Assembly: GCF_900105015.1 (NCBI RefSeq)
Contig: NZ_FNLK01000005.1
Span: 270,001 to 302,000, forward strand
DNA from: Schaalia meyeri
GTDB lineage: Bacteria; Actinomycetota; Actinomycetes; Actinomycetales; Actinomycetaceae
DNA: 32,000 bases
Direction: 5' to 3'
Of the stretch, positions 24,129 to 32,000 are shown piece by piece (the first letter of the stretch is position 1; every line of letters begins with the position of its first letter). A program made the position numbers and the translations under genes. The notes beneath the pieces are model-generated. The model was not told where the DNA came from, did no database searches, and worked only from the letters and a program-made list of their open reading frames with translations.

Positions 24129-25814
24129 ATGACACGCAGCATCGTCGAGCAGGCGCACACCATGTACGACGCGGTCCCCTACGAGGTGCCCGAACCTGAG
24201 TCCTCCCTGTTCGACCTGCTCGATACCGCTGCCCGCCTGTACCCCGATCGCGTGGCACTCGACTATTTTGGCGCGACCACCACATATTCGCAGGTGCGCG
24301 ATCAGGTGCTTCGAGCATCACAGGTCCTTCTTAAGGCCGGGGTGCGTCACGGGGATACTGTGGCTATCGCGCTGCCCAACTGTCCGCAGGCCTTCGTCGC
24401 GTTCTACGCCTGCATGCGCATCGGCGCGGTTGCCGCGCAGCACAACCCTTTAGCACCTGCCTCGGAGGTTGCCGGGCAGCTGGAGCGTCACCGCGGCACG
24501 GTCGCAATCGTGTGGGAAAAGTGCGCAAGTGCTTATCCTCCGCGCACGCTGAATGCCGTGTTTACCGTCGATATTTCCCACGCCATGCCCGCGTCGCAAC
24601 GTTTCTTGCTGAAGCTACCCGTAGCTCGCGCCCGGCAGACGCGTGCGCAGCTGCGAGGAGCGGTCCCCGAAGGAACGGTGTCGTGGGATCGCGCAGTGGC
24701 CTCGGCCACTCCCATTGCTGCTGATCATCCGCTGCCCTCCGTGGACGAGCGTGCGGTCATCTTGCACACGTCGGGAACGAACGGAATCCCGAAGTCTGCG
24801 CCGCTCACCCATCGCAATATTGGTGTGAACGTCAACCAGTGCATGTTCTGGGTGTGGAAGCTGCACGAGGGTGCCGAAACATTTTTCTCACTGCTGCCCT
24901 ACTTCCATGCATTCGGGCTGACGTTTTTCCTGTGCGCGGCGGTGCGCAAGGCAGCGACCCAGGTGCTGCTGCCAAAGTTTGATGCTCCAATGGCCCTGGA
25001 CGCGCACAGGCGCAGACCCATTACCTTCTTCGTCGGCGTCCCTCCCATGTTTGACAGAATCCTCAAGCACGCCAAGGAAACGAACACTGACATCACATCG
25101 ATCCACTACTCAGTGGCCGGAGCGATGCCCCTGTCGAAAGCCCTCGCCTCCGCCTGGGAACAGGCGACCGGCGGCATGATCGTTGAGGGGTACGGCCTGT
25201 CCGAGACCGCTCCGGTTCTGACGGGTGCTCCTCTGTCTGACAAGCGCAGGCATGGCGTCCTGGGAGTTCCGTTCCCGTCGACCCAGCTTCGTCTGGTCTC
25301 CCTCGAGGATGACACAGTGGACGTCGAGGACGGGGAGCCCGGAGAGATCATCGTCAAGGGCCCCCAGGTCTTCGACGGTTACCTGGACGCCCCCGAGGAG
25401 AACGCTCGTGTCTTTACCGCCGAGGGGTGGTTAAAGACAGGCGATATCGGTGTCAACAGCGACGGCTATATTTCCATGGCCGACCGCAAGAAGGAGCTGA
25501 TCCTGTCCGGAGGCTTCAACGTTTACCCGTCGCAGGTCGAAAACGCGATCCGCACGCTCCCGGGCGTAGAAGACGTCGCCGTCGTCGGTGTTCCTGTTTC
25601 GGACGCCGCCGAGGAGGTCACGGCCGCAATCATCATGGAGAAGGGCGCGTCGCCTCTGACGCTGGAAGAGGTGCGTGCGTGGGCCGAAAAGTCTATCGCC
25701 CACTACGCGCTTCCCCGCCAGCTCGTCTTCATCGCCGAGCTTCCCCGCAACCAGATGGGCAAGATACTGCGCCGCAAGGTCGCACAGCTCGTGCGCGAGA
25801 AACTGGGATGTTAA
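24129..25814 (+). CDS. AMP-dependent acyl-CoA synthetase/ligase (FadD-like)
   Basis: AMP-binding motif ILHTSGTNGIPK, then EGYGLSETAP, TGDIG and the C-terminal GKILRR are present. ATG 24129 is preceded by AGGAGG. Confidence 0.85.
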   Translation: MTRSIVEQAHTMYDAVPYEVPEPESSLFDLLDTAARLYPDRVALDYFGATTTYSQVRDQVLRASQVLLKAGVRHGDTVAIALPNCPQAFVAFYACMRIGAVAAQHNPLAPASEVAGQLERHRGTVAIVWEKCASAYPPRTLNAVFTVDISHAMPASQRFLLKLPVARARQTRAQLRGAVPEGTVSWDRAVASATPIAADHPLPSVDERAVILHTSGTNGIPKSAPLTHRNIGVNVNQCMFWVWKLHEGAETFFSLLPYFHAFGLTFFLCAAVRKAATQVLLPKFDAPMALDAHRRRPITFFVGVPPMFDRILKHAKETNTDITSIHYSVAGAMPLSKALASAWEQATGGMIVEGYGLSETAPVLTGAPLSDKRRHGVLGVPFPSTQLRLVSLEDDTVDVEDGEPGEIIVKGPQVFDGYLDAPEENARVFTAEGWLKTGDIGVNSDGYISMADRKKELILSGGFNVYPSQVENAIRTLPGVEDVAVVGVPVSDAAEEVTAAIIMEKGASPLTLEEVRAWAEKSIAHYALPRQLVFIAELPRNQMGKILRRKVAQLVREKLGC

Positions 25815-25867
25815 CTGGCACCGTCAAAGCTACGCCCGGTGATCAGAACTCGCCGCCGACCGCCAGA

Positions 25868-25897
25868 TGTACACCTGCGACAGGGGCACAGTTTTTT
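25868..25897 (+). terminator. Possible rho-independent terminator after the acyl-CoA ligase gene
   Basis: Imperfect 10-bp stem TGTACACCTG / CAGGGGCACA (2 mismatches) with loop CGA, followed by GTTTTTTCTT. Confidence 0.35.
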
Positions 25898-25969
25898 CTT
25901 ACAGTAATCCTGCGCGTCGGGATGCACGGACACCTAATGCGGTGGGCCGGGGGCGCACAAACAAGGTTC

Positions 25970-26404
25970 TCAGACGTTGAAGCCGATCGCGCGCAGCTGC
26001 TCACGGCCGTCAGAAGTGATGCGATCGGGTCCCCACGGCGGCATCCACACCCAGTTGATCTGAACCTCGTCGGTCACGGTCGATAGGATCGTCTGTGCCT
26101 GACGCTCGATCACGTCGGTCAGCGGGCAGGCCGCCGAGGTCAGTGTCATGTCGAGACGCACCTGGTTCTGTGGGCCGACAACGATGCCATACACCAACCC
26201 CAGGTCAACGATGTTGATGCCCAGCTCGGGGTCGATAACGTCCTTGAGGGCCTCCAGCACGTTCTCGGCAGCCAGCGTCCCCTCCTCCACGACATCCGTG
26301 CCGTCGATGCGACGGGTGGGAGCGGGGCTGTCCGTGGCTTCGCTGGCGGTGGGGGCGCCGAAACGCTGCTCGACAGGCTCGGATTGCGCCATTGGATTAT
26401 TCAT
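25970..26404 (-). CDS. sufT: SufT / DUF59 Fe-S assembly protein
   Basis: DVIDPELGINIVDLGLVY...LTSAACPL is the DUF59 signature. ATG 26404 is preceded by AAGGAA. It is the last gene of the suf operon, as in mycobacteria. Confidence 0.8.
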   Translation of the reverse strand: MNNPMAQSEPVEQRFGAPTASEATDSPAPTRRIDGTDVVEEGTLAAENVLEALKDVIDPELGINIVDLGLVYGIVVGPQNQVRLDMTLTSAACPLTDVIERQAQTILSTVTDEVQINWVWMPPWGPDRITSDGREQLRAIGFNV

Positions 26405-26414
26405 ATCTGTTCCT

Positions 26415-26891
26415 TTACTGCTCGGCAGCCTGTGCCGCGCTCGAAATATCGATACCGGACTGGGCCATCGCGTCGCGCAGCGCATACCAGCCCAGCAGCG
26501 CGCACTTGACGCGGTTCGCGAACTGCGACGTTGATTCCAGGGCGGCCGCGTCTCCCAGCTCGTCAAGGATCTCGTCGGCGACGCCCAGGTTGCGTGAGTG
26601 CATCATGATCTCCATGTCCCTGTAGAGACGACCAATCTCGTCGGCCGACTTACCCTGGGTCAGGTCGGTCATCATGGACAGCGAGGCGCGCGAGATAGAG
26701 CAGCCGTCGCCGTCCCACTTCACGGAGGCCAAACGATCCCCATCCACAGTCACACCCAACGTGACTTCGTCGCCACACGTCGGGTTCACCTGGTGGGACG
26801 AAGCGTCCAAGCCGGAGGGGTCGCCCTCACCGTGCTTTTCGCGTGCGTGATCCAGGATCACCTGCTGATACAGCTGCTCGAGACTGCCCAT
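26415..26891 (-). CDS. sufU: SufU (IscU/NifU-like) sulfur-transfer scaffold
   Basis: LYQQVILDH, NPTCGDEV, GCSISRAS and the C-terminal RVKCALL motif are present. Confidence 0.9.
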   Translation of the reverse strand: MGSLEQLYQQVILDHAREKHGEGDPSGLDASSHQVNPTCGDEVTLGVTVDGDRLASVKWDGDGCSISRASLSMMTDLTQGKSADEIGRLYRDMEIMMHSRNLGVADEILDELGDAAALESTSQFANRVKCALLGWYALRDAMAQSGIDISSAAQAAEQ

Positions 26892-26930
26892 TACTGCCTT
26901 TCCTCGCGTTTTCGATACCCTACGACGATT

Positions 26931-28217
26931 CTAGCGACCGAAGAAGGCACGTACCTGTGACAAGCCATCCACCAGGCGCTCGATCTCGCTGCGCGTCGAC
27001 GTTGGCGCGATCGACGCGCGCGCCGAGGAACGCATGCCAAAGAAGGTGTGCAACGGGATCGCGCAGTGGTGTCCCACCCTGACGGCCACGTCCACCGAGT
27101 CCATGAACTGGCCGACATCATGAGGGTGCACACCATCGACCCCGAAAGCCACGACCCCGATACGGTCAACGTCCGAGTCGGGGCCGAGCATCGTCAGGCC
27201 ATCGACGGATGAAATACCGTCGAGCATCATTGCCGTGAGCGTATGCTCGTGGGCAGCGATGCGGTCCATGCCGAGCTTCGACAGGTAGCGCAGCGCCTCG
27301 GCCCAGCCGACAATCTGCGCCACGGGCTGCGAACCGGCCTCGAAGCGCTCCGGTGGGGCCATAAACGTCGACGACTCCATGGTCACCCACTCGATCATCG
27401 AGCCTCCGGTGAGAACCGGCGGCATGGAGGCCAACAGGTGTCCCCTGCCCCACAGTGCACCGGCGCCCGTCGGCCCCAGCATCTTGTGGGAGGAAAACAC
27501 GGCGAAGTCAACATCCAGCGTGGACAGGTCGAGGGGCATGTGGGCGCTCGATTGACACGTATCCAACAGCACCAGGGCGCCAGCCTCTCGTGCGGCCGCA
27601 GTGATCGCGGCGACGGGAGATACAGCGCCCGTCACGTTAGATACGTGGGTGAAGGTCACAAGGCGCGTGCTTGGGGTGATGACCGACAGCGTCTCCAAGT
27701 CGATGCGCCCGTCCGGTGCCAGGTCGAGCCACGCGAGCTCCGCGCCCGTGCGTTGACACAGTTGCTGCCACGGGACGATGTTCGCATGGTGTTCGGCCCG
27801 CGTGCACACGATCCGATCCCCCGGTCCAACGCGCAGCGGTGCCGCATCGGCCCCGCCCATGCCCTGGGAGGCATGGCCCATCGCGAGCGCAACCAGGTTA
27901 ATGGCCTCGGTTGCGTTCTTCGTCCAGACGATCTCGGTGGGTGAAGCCCCCACAAACGAGGCCAACGCGCCCCGAGCTCTCTCAAAAGCGTCGGTCGCTT
28001 CGTCACCCAACAGGTGGGTCCCGCGGTGCACGGCACCGTTGTGGAGTCGGTAGAAATCAGCCTCGGCATCGACGACGCAGGAGGGCTTCTGGGACGTGGC
28101 AGACGCATCGAGATAAACGATGGGGGCGCCGCCGCGCCCGATGCGGCCCAGGATCGGAAAGTCCGATCGGATCGCAGTAAGCTCGGCGGCAGTAAAGTCC
28201 GATGACACGGTGATCAC
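26931..28217 (-). CDS. sufS: Cysteine desulfurase SufS (class V aminotransferase)
   Basis: YLDASATSQKP, the PLP Lys region FSSHKMLGPTG and the active-site region RVGHHCA are present. There is a GTGA overlap with sufC. Confidence 0.9.
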   Translation of the reverse strand: MITVSSDFTAAELTAIRSDFPILGRIGRGGAPIVYLDASATSQKPSCVVDAEADFYRLHNGAVHRGTHLLGDEATDAFERARGALASFVGASPTEIVWTKNATEAINLVALAMGHASQGMGGADAAPLRVGPGDRIVCTRAEHHANIVPWQQLCQRTGAELAWLDLAPDGRIDLETLSVITPSTRLVTFTHVSNVTGAVSPVAAITAAAREAGALVLLDTCQSSAHMPLDLSTLDVDFAVFSSHKMLGPTGAGALWGRGHLLASMPPVLTGGSMIEWVTMESSTFMAPPERFEAGSQPVAQIVGWAEALRYLSKLGMDRIAAHEHTLTAMMLDGISSVDGLTMLGPDSDVDRIGVVAFGVDGVHPHDVGQFMDSVDVAVRVGHHCAIPLHTFFGMRSSARASIAPTSTRSEIERLVDGLSQVRAFFGR

Positions 28218-28966
28218 AGACCCAGGTATTTGTCGTAGCCGTTCTCTTCGAGCTCATCGGCCAGCTCGGGGCCCCCCTGGGCCGCAATGCGGCCATCAAC
28301 GAAGACGTGGACGTGGCCGGGTTTGATGTAGCGCAGGATGCGCGTGTAGTGGGTAATGAGCATGACGCCGCAGCCGGTTTCGCCGTGGACGCGGTTGACG
28401 CCCTTGGAGACGATACGAAGAGCATCGACGTCCAGACCGGAGTCGGTCTCGTCGAGCACCGCGAAGGAAGGCTTGAGCAGCTCCATCTGGAGGATCTCGA
28501 GGCGTTTTTTCTCACCGCCGGAAAAACCCACGTTGACGTCGCGTTCGGCAAAGTCGGGATTCATGCGCAGCTTTTCCATGGCGGCCGTCATGTCCGCGAC
28601 CCACGTGCGCAGCGCGGGTGCCCGACCGTCGATCGCGGTCTTGGCGGTTCGCAGGAAGTTCGACACGGACACGCCGGCGACCTCCACCGGGTACTGCATC
28701 GCCAGGAACAACCCGGCCTTGGCGCGCTCGTCGACGCTCATCTCGGTGATGAGCTGGTCGTCCAGCCACGCCTCGCCCGACGTGATCTCGTAGTCTGGGT
28801 GGCCAGCCAACGCGTAAGCCAGCGTGGATTTTCCTGAGCCGTTGGGCCCCATGATCGCGTGAATCTCACCGGAGTTAATCGTCAGGTTGACGCCCTTGAG
28901 AATCTCTTTGGAGCCCTCGGCCGTCTCGACGGAGACGTGCAGGTCCTGAATGCGCAGAGTCGACAT
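28214..28966 (-). CDS. sufC: Fe-S cluster assembly ATPase SufC
   Basis: Walker A GPNGSGKST, signature FSGGEKKR and Walker B FAVLDETDSGLD are present. Confidence 0.95.
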   Translation of the reverse strand: MSTLRIQDLHVSVETAEGSKEILKGVNLTINSGEIHAIMGPNGSGKSTLAYALAGHPDYEITSGEAWLDDQLITEMSVDERAKAGLFLAMQYPVEVAGVSVSNFLRTAKTAIDGRAPALRTWVADMTAAMEKLRMNPDFAERDVNVGFSGGEKKRLEILQMELLKPSFAVLDETDSGLDVDALRIVSKGVNRVHGETGCGVMLITHYTRILRYIKPGHVHVFVDGRIAAQGGPELADELEENGYDKYLGL

Positions 28967-28982
28967 GTGTATTCCTTAAAGC

Positions 28983-30173
28983 TCAGTTGTTGCGGGACTT
29001 GGCCATCTCGGCCTCAACGGTTGCCATGAGGCGGTCGACCACCTCGGGGACGCCGATCTGGTTAATCAGCTCGGCGAAGAAGCCGCGCACGACGAGTCGG
29101 CGTGCCTCTTGTTCCGGGACGCCGCGGCTCATCAGGTAGAAGAGCTGCTCGTCGTCGAAACGGCCGGTCGCGGACGCGTGGCCCGCGCCCTTGATCTCGC
29201 CGTTCTCGATCTCTAGGTTGGGCACCGAGTCGGCCTTCGCGCCCTCGGTCAGCACCAGGTTGCGGTTCAATTCATACGTATCCGTACCATCGGCTGCCTC
29301 ACGGATGAGGCAGTCACCGATCCAGACGGAGTGCGCGTCCTTCCCCTGTAGGGCGCCCTTGTAGGTGACGCGAGAGTAGCAATTCGGTTGGGAGTGGTCA
29401 ACGAACACGCGGTGCTCGAGGTGTTGGCCTGCGTCGACAAAGTAGATGCCCAGCATGTTGAGTTCGCCTCCGGGGGCGCGAAAGTCTGTGTCGGCGCTAA
29501 CGCGTACGAGGTCGCCGCCAAAGCTGACGACGATGTGGGTCAGCTTCGAGTTGCCCCCCACGGCCAGGCGCTGGTTCGATGCGTGCAGGATGTCATCGTC
29601 CCACTCCTGCAGCGATATGACGGTCAGATCGGCGCTCTCACTGGTCTCTACCTCGACGGTCTGGTTCAGGGCTGCACCCGCAGAGCCAGTATGCGACAAG
29701 ATGACGGTGGCTTTTGAGAAAGCCGCCGCGCGAACCACGATGTGCTGGTTGCGCGTCCCGTCAAGGTCGGTCACGTTGATGTGGATCGGAGCATCAACGA
29801 CGGTCTCGGCCGGGATTTCGATAACGGTGGCCCGCTCGAAGCCGCTCCACGCGACGACCGCGGTGCGGTCTCCGGGGGCCAAGACTGTTCCGAGGCGCTT
29901 GTCGTCGCGCGCGACGGTTTCGACGCTGACCGCATTGGGCGCGTCGACGATAACGGGGGCATCGCCGGTATCGTAGTTCGCGGGATCGAACAGGCGCTCA
30001 ATGCGACGCATCGGGGTGAAACGCCAGTCTTCCTCACGGCCCCTCGGAACGGCGATGTCATCCAGGTTGAAGGAGGTTGGCCGATCACCGCGTGAGGAAT
30101 GCGCCGCGGTCTGTGGGCCCCCGTGCGAGTGGGCCTTGTTCATGGTTTCGACGATAGTGTTGGGGGTTGTCAT
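28983..30173 (-). CDS. sufD: Fe-S cluster assembly protein SufD
   Basis: 396 aa with a C-terminal beta-helix region carrying SufB/D motifs (QLFYLMSRGVPEQEARRLVVRGF). There is an ATGA overlap with the sufB stop. Confidence 0.9.
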   Translation of the reverse strand: MTTPNTIVETMNKAHSHGGPQTAAHSSRGDRPTSFNLDDIAVPRGREEDWRFTPMRRIERLFDPANYDTGDAPVIVDAPNAVSVETVARDDKRLGTVLAPGDRTAVVAWSGFERATVIEIPAETVVDAPIHINVTDLDGTRNQHIVVRAAAFSKATVILSHTGSAGAALNQTVEVETSESADLTVISLQEWDDDILHASNQRLAVGGNSKLTHIVVSFGGDLVRVSADTDFRAPGGELNMLGIYFVDAGQHLEHRVFVDHSQPNCYSRVTYKGALQGKDAHSVWIGDCLIREAADGTDTYELNRNLVLTEGAKADSVPNLEIENGEIKGAGHASATGRFDDEQLFYLMSRGVPEQEARRLVVRGFFAELINQIGVPEVVDRLMATVEAEMAKSRNN

Positions 30174-31618
30174 CAGCCGACGGATCCTTCCATCTGCAGT
30201 TCAATGAGGCGGTTGAGCTCGAGAGCGTACTCCATGGGCAGTTCCTTCGCGATCGGCTCGACAAAGCCGCGCACGATCGTCGCCATCGCCTCGTTCTCGG
30301 ACAGGCCTCGGCTCATGAGGTAAAAGAGCTGGTCGGCGCTCACCTTAGAAACGGTGGCCTCATGTCCCATCTCGACGTCGTCCGTGCGCACGTCAACGTA
30401 GGGGTAGGTATCGGTACGCGAAACCTTATCCACCAGCAGCGCGTCGCACAGAACGTTCGACTTGGAGTGGCGCGCGCGAGCGTTGACCTGGACCAGACCG
30501 CGGTAGGAGGTGCGGCCGCCGCCGCGCGACACTGACTTCGAAACAATAGAAGACGAGGTACGGGGCGCCATGTGCACCATCTTCGCGCCCGTATCCTGCT
30601 GCTGCCCGGGGCCTGCGAAGCCGATGGACAGGGTCTCACCGCGGGCATTTTCGCCCATCAAGAAGCACGCGGGGTACTTCATGGTGATCGCGGCACCCAT
30701 GTTGCCGTCCACCCACTCCATGGTTCCGCCCTCTTCGACGACCGAGCGTTGGGTCACGAGGTTCAGCACGTTCGTCGACCAGTTCTGAATCGTCGTGTAG
30801 CGCACTCGCGCGTCCTTCTTCACGAAGATCTCGATGACGCCGGAGTGCAGCGAATTCGCGTCATAAATGGGTGCCGTGCATCCCTCGACGTAGTGGACGT
30901 AGGAGCCCTCGTCGGCGATGATGAGCGTACGTTCAAACTGGCCCATTGCCTGCGTGTTAATACGGAAGTAGGCCTGAAGCGGGATCGTGACGTGAACGCC
31001 CTTGGGAACATAGACGAAAGAGCCGCCTGACCACGCCGCCGTGTTCAGCGCCGAGAACTTGTTGTCGCCAGCGGGGACGCACTTGCCGAAGTATTCTTCG
31101 AAAATCTCGGGGTGTTCGCGCAGGCCGGTATCCGTGTCGGTGAAGATAACACCCTGTCGCTCCAAATCCTCCTGAATCTGCTGGTAGACAACCTCAGACT
31201 CGTACTGAGCAGCGACGCCGGACACCAGGCGAGCCTTTTCCGCCTCGGGGATACCAAGTCGGTCGTAGGTGTCACGAATCTCTTCGGGCAGGTCCTCCCA
31301 ATCGTTCACCTGATGATCCGTCGGGCGCACGTAGTATTTGAACGCGTCAAAATCAACGTGGGACAGGTCGGGACCCCACGTTGGCATGGGTTTGCGCTCG
31401 AAAAGTTCCAGCGCCTTCAGGCGCCGCTCCCGCATCCATTGTGGCTCTTCCTTCACCTCGGAGATGAACCGGACAATTTTTTCATTTATGCCGGTGGGAA
31501 CATCCTTCGAATATTCGTCGGAGTCGTGCCAGCCGTATTCGTATTTGCCGATCGAACCGATGATCTCGTCGTCGGTCATACGACGGTCATCAGCGCCCGC
31601 GGCGGGTGCCTGCGTCAT
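30173..31618 (-). CDS. sufB: Fe-S cluster assembly scaffold SufB
   Basis: YEYGWHDSD, the highly conserved core (YVHYVEGCTAPIY, TIQNWSTNVLNLVT) and QLFYLMSRGLSENEA are present. ATG 31618 was chosen (481 aa), and the upstream extension of the ORF is Arg/Ser/Pro junk. There is no intein. Confidence 0.9.
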   Translation of the reverse strand: MTQAPAAGADDRRMTDDEIIGSIGKYEYGWHDSDEYSKDVPTGINEKIVRFISEVKEEPQWMRERRLKALELFERKPMPTWGPDLSHVDFDAFKYYVRPTDHQVNDWEDLPEEIRDTYDRLGIPEAEKARLVSGVAAQYESEVVYQQIQEDLERQGVIFTDTDTGLREHPEIFEEYFGKCVPAGDNKFSALNTAAWSGGSFVYVPKGVHVTIPLQAYFRINTQAMGQFERTLIIADEGSYVHYVEGCTAPIYDANSLHSGVIEIFVKKDARVRYTTIQNWSTNVLNLVTQRSVVEEGGTMEWVDGNMGAAITMKYPACFLMGENARGETLSIGFAGPGQQQDTGAKMVHMAPRTSSSIVSKSVSRGGGRTSYRGLVQVNARARHSKSNVLCDALLVDKVSRTDTYPYVDVRTDDVEMGHEATVSKVSADQLFYLMSRGLSENEAMATIVRGFVEPIAKELPMEYALELNRLIELQMEGSVG

Positions 31619-31649
31619 TGTTGTATCAACCTCTCGTTTTATCTGTGTG

Positions 31650-32000
31650 CTACTTGCGTCGCACGTTCCGCGCGCCCGGGCGGATGAGTGGCATCCCCAC
31701 CGGGATGTGGGTGGTGCACACGTGTCCTCCGCCCGCGAGCGTGGAAAGTCTCTGGACGTGTACGTCGAGGAGCTTGCCAAAGGCAATGGTCTCGGCGTCG
31801 CACAGCTGCGGGAAGTCCCCCGCCACGTTCTGAATGGGGCAATGGCCCTGGCACAGCTGGACGGCGAGGGTTCCTCCCCCGATGTCGCGCACCGTGGCCG
31901 CGTATCCGTCCTGCGTGAGCGCGTCGGCGAGCGCCTGAGCACGAACGCGAGGATCCGATCCTGCGTCGCGCACGATGGGCGCGTAGCGTCGTTCGATTTC
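31650..32000 (-). CDS. sufR: SufR-like transcriptional regulator of the suf operon; C-terminal part only, N-terminus outside the window
   Basis: The C-terminal Cys-containing domain is LCQGHCPIQNVAGDFPQLCDAE...HVCTTHIP. The reading frame stays open to the window edge (EIERRYAPIVRDAG...). Its position upstream of sufB matches actinobacterial suf loci. Confidence 0.7.
   Translation of the reverse strand, partial: EIERRYAPIVRDAGSDPRVRAQALADALTQDGYAATVRDIGGGTLAVQLCQGHCPIQNVAGDFPQLCDAETIAFGKLLDVHVQRLSTLAGGGHVCTTHIPVGMPLIRPGARNVRRK

Noticed and set aside
30173-31618. Possible intein in SufB, as in some mycobacteria
   Set aside because: The length of 481 aa and the contiguous conserved core leave no room for an intein.
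31619-31942. 108-codon extension of the sufB ORF (589 aa in the track)
   Set aside because: The extension is Arg/Ser/Pro-rich and overlaps the sufR coding region in another frame. SufB homology starts at MTQAPAAG (ATG 31618).
1-32000. CRISPR arrays, transposases/IS elements, prophage genes, toxin-antitoxin pairs, known defence-system signatures
   Set aside because: Reading both strands, I found no regularly spaced direct repeats and no DDE/tyrosine/serine recombinase-like translations. I also found no small paired ORFs with TA character. The only helicase (SNF2) has no nuclease or methylase partner.

Overview
High-GC actinobacterial chromosomal segment; gene order and content suggest an Actinomycetales-type organism, but this is not proven. 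It is mostly housekeeping genes with no CRISPR array, integrase, transposase or recognisable defence island. Left to right: a partial DsbA-like gene, tRNA-Leu(GAG), MarR, a HAD hydrolase, a badly degraded dnaE2 remnant, a 46-bp palindrome carrying a LexA (SOS) box, and a Zn-dependent alcohol dehydrogenase. Next come an intact 1044-aa SWIM+SNF2 helicase, a frameshifted and deleted imuB remnant, an apparently intact imuA' with a second LexA box, a PEBP-family protein and trmL. These are followed by a small membrane protein, lpdA-sucB (two lipoyl domains), a membrane-anchored degenerate kinase-like protein, DUF4191 and an amino-acid ABC transporter (binding protein, permease, ATPase). The window ends with an ABC-F ATPase, translationally coupled yhhQ-tgt, a Zn metallopeptidase, an acyl-CoA ligase and the full actinobacterial suf operon (sufR partial, sufB, D, C, S, U, T). 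The most interesting region is 1.6-9.3 kb. There the SOS mutasome cassette imuA'-imuB-dnaE2 survives only as wreckage, both LexA operators are intact, and an intact SNF2 helicase and an ADH sit inside the former cassette. Second is a tgt with a non-canonical substrate pocket coupled to a YhhQ-family transporter, which may indicate direct queuine salvage. I do not see a clearly novel multi-gene system. All homology statements come from reading the translations by eye and need alignment to confirm.
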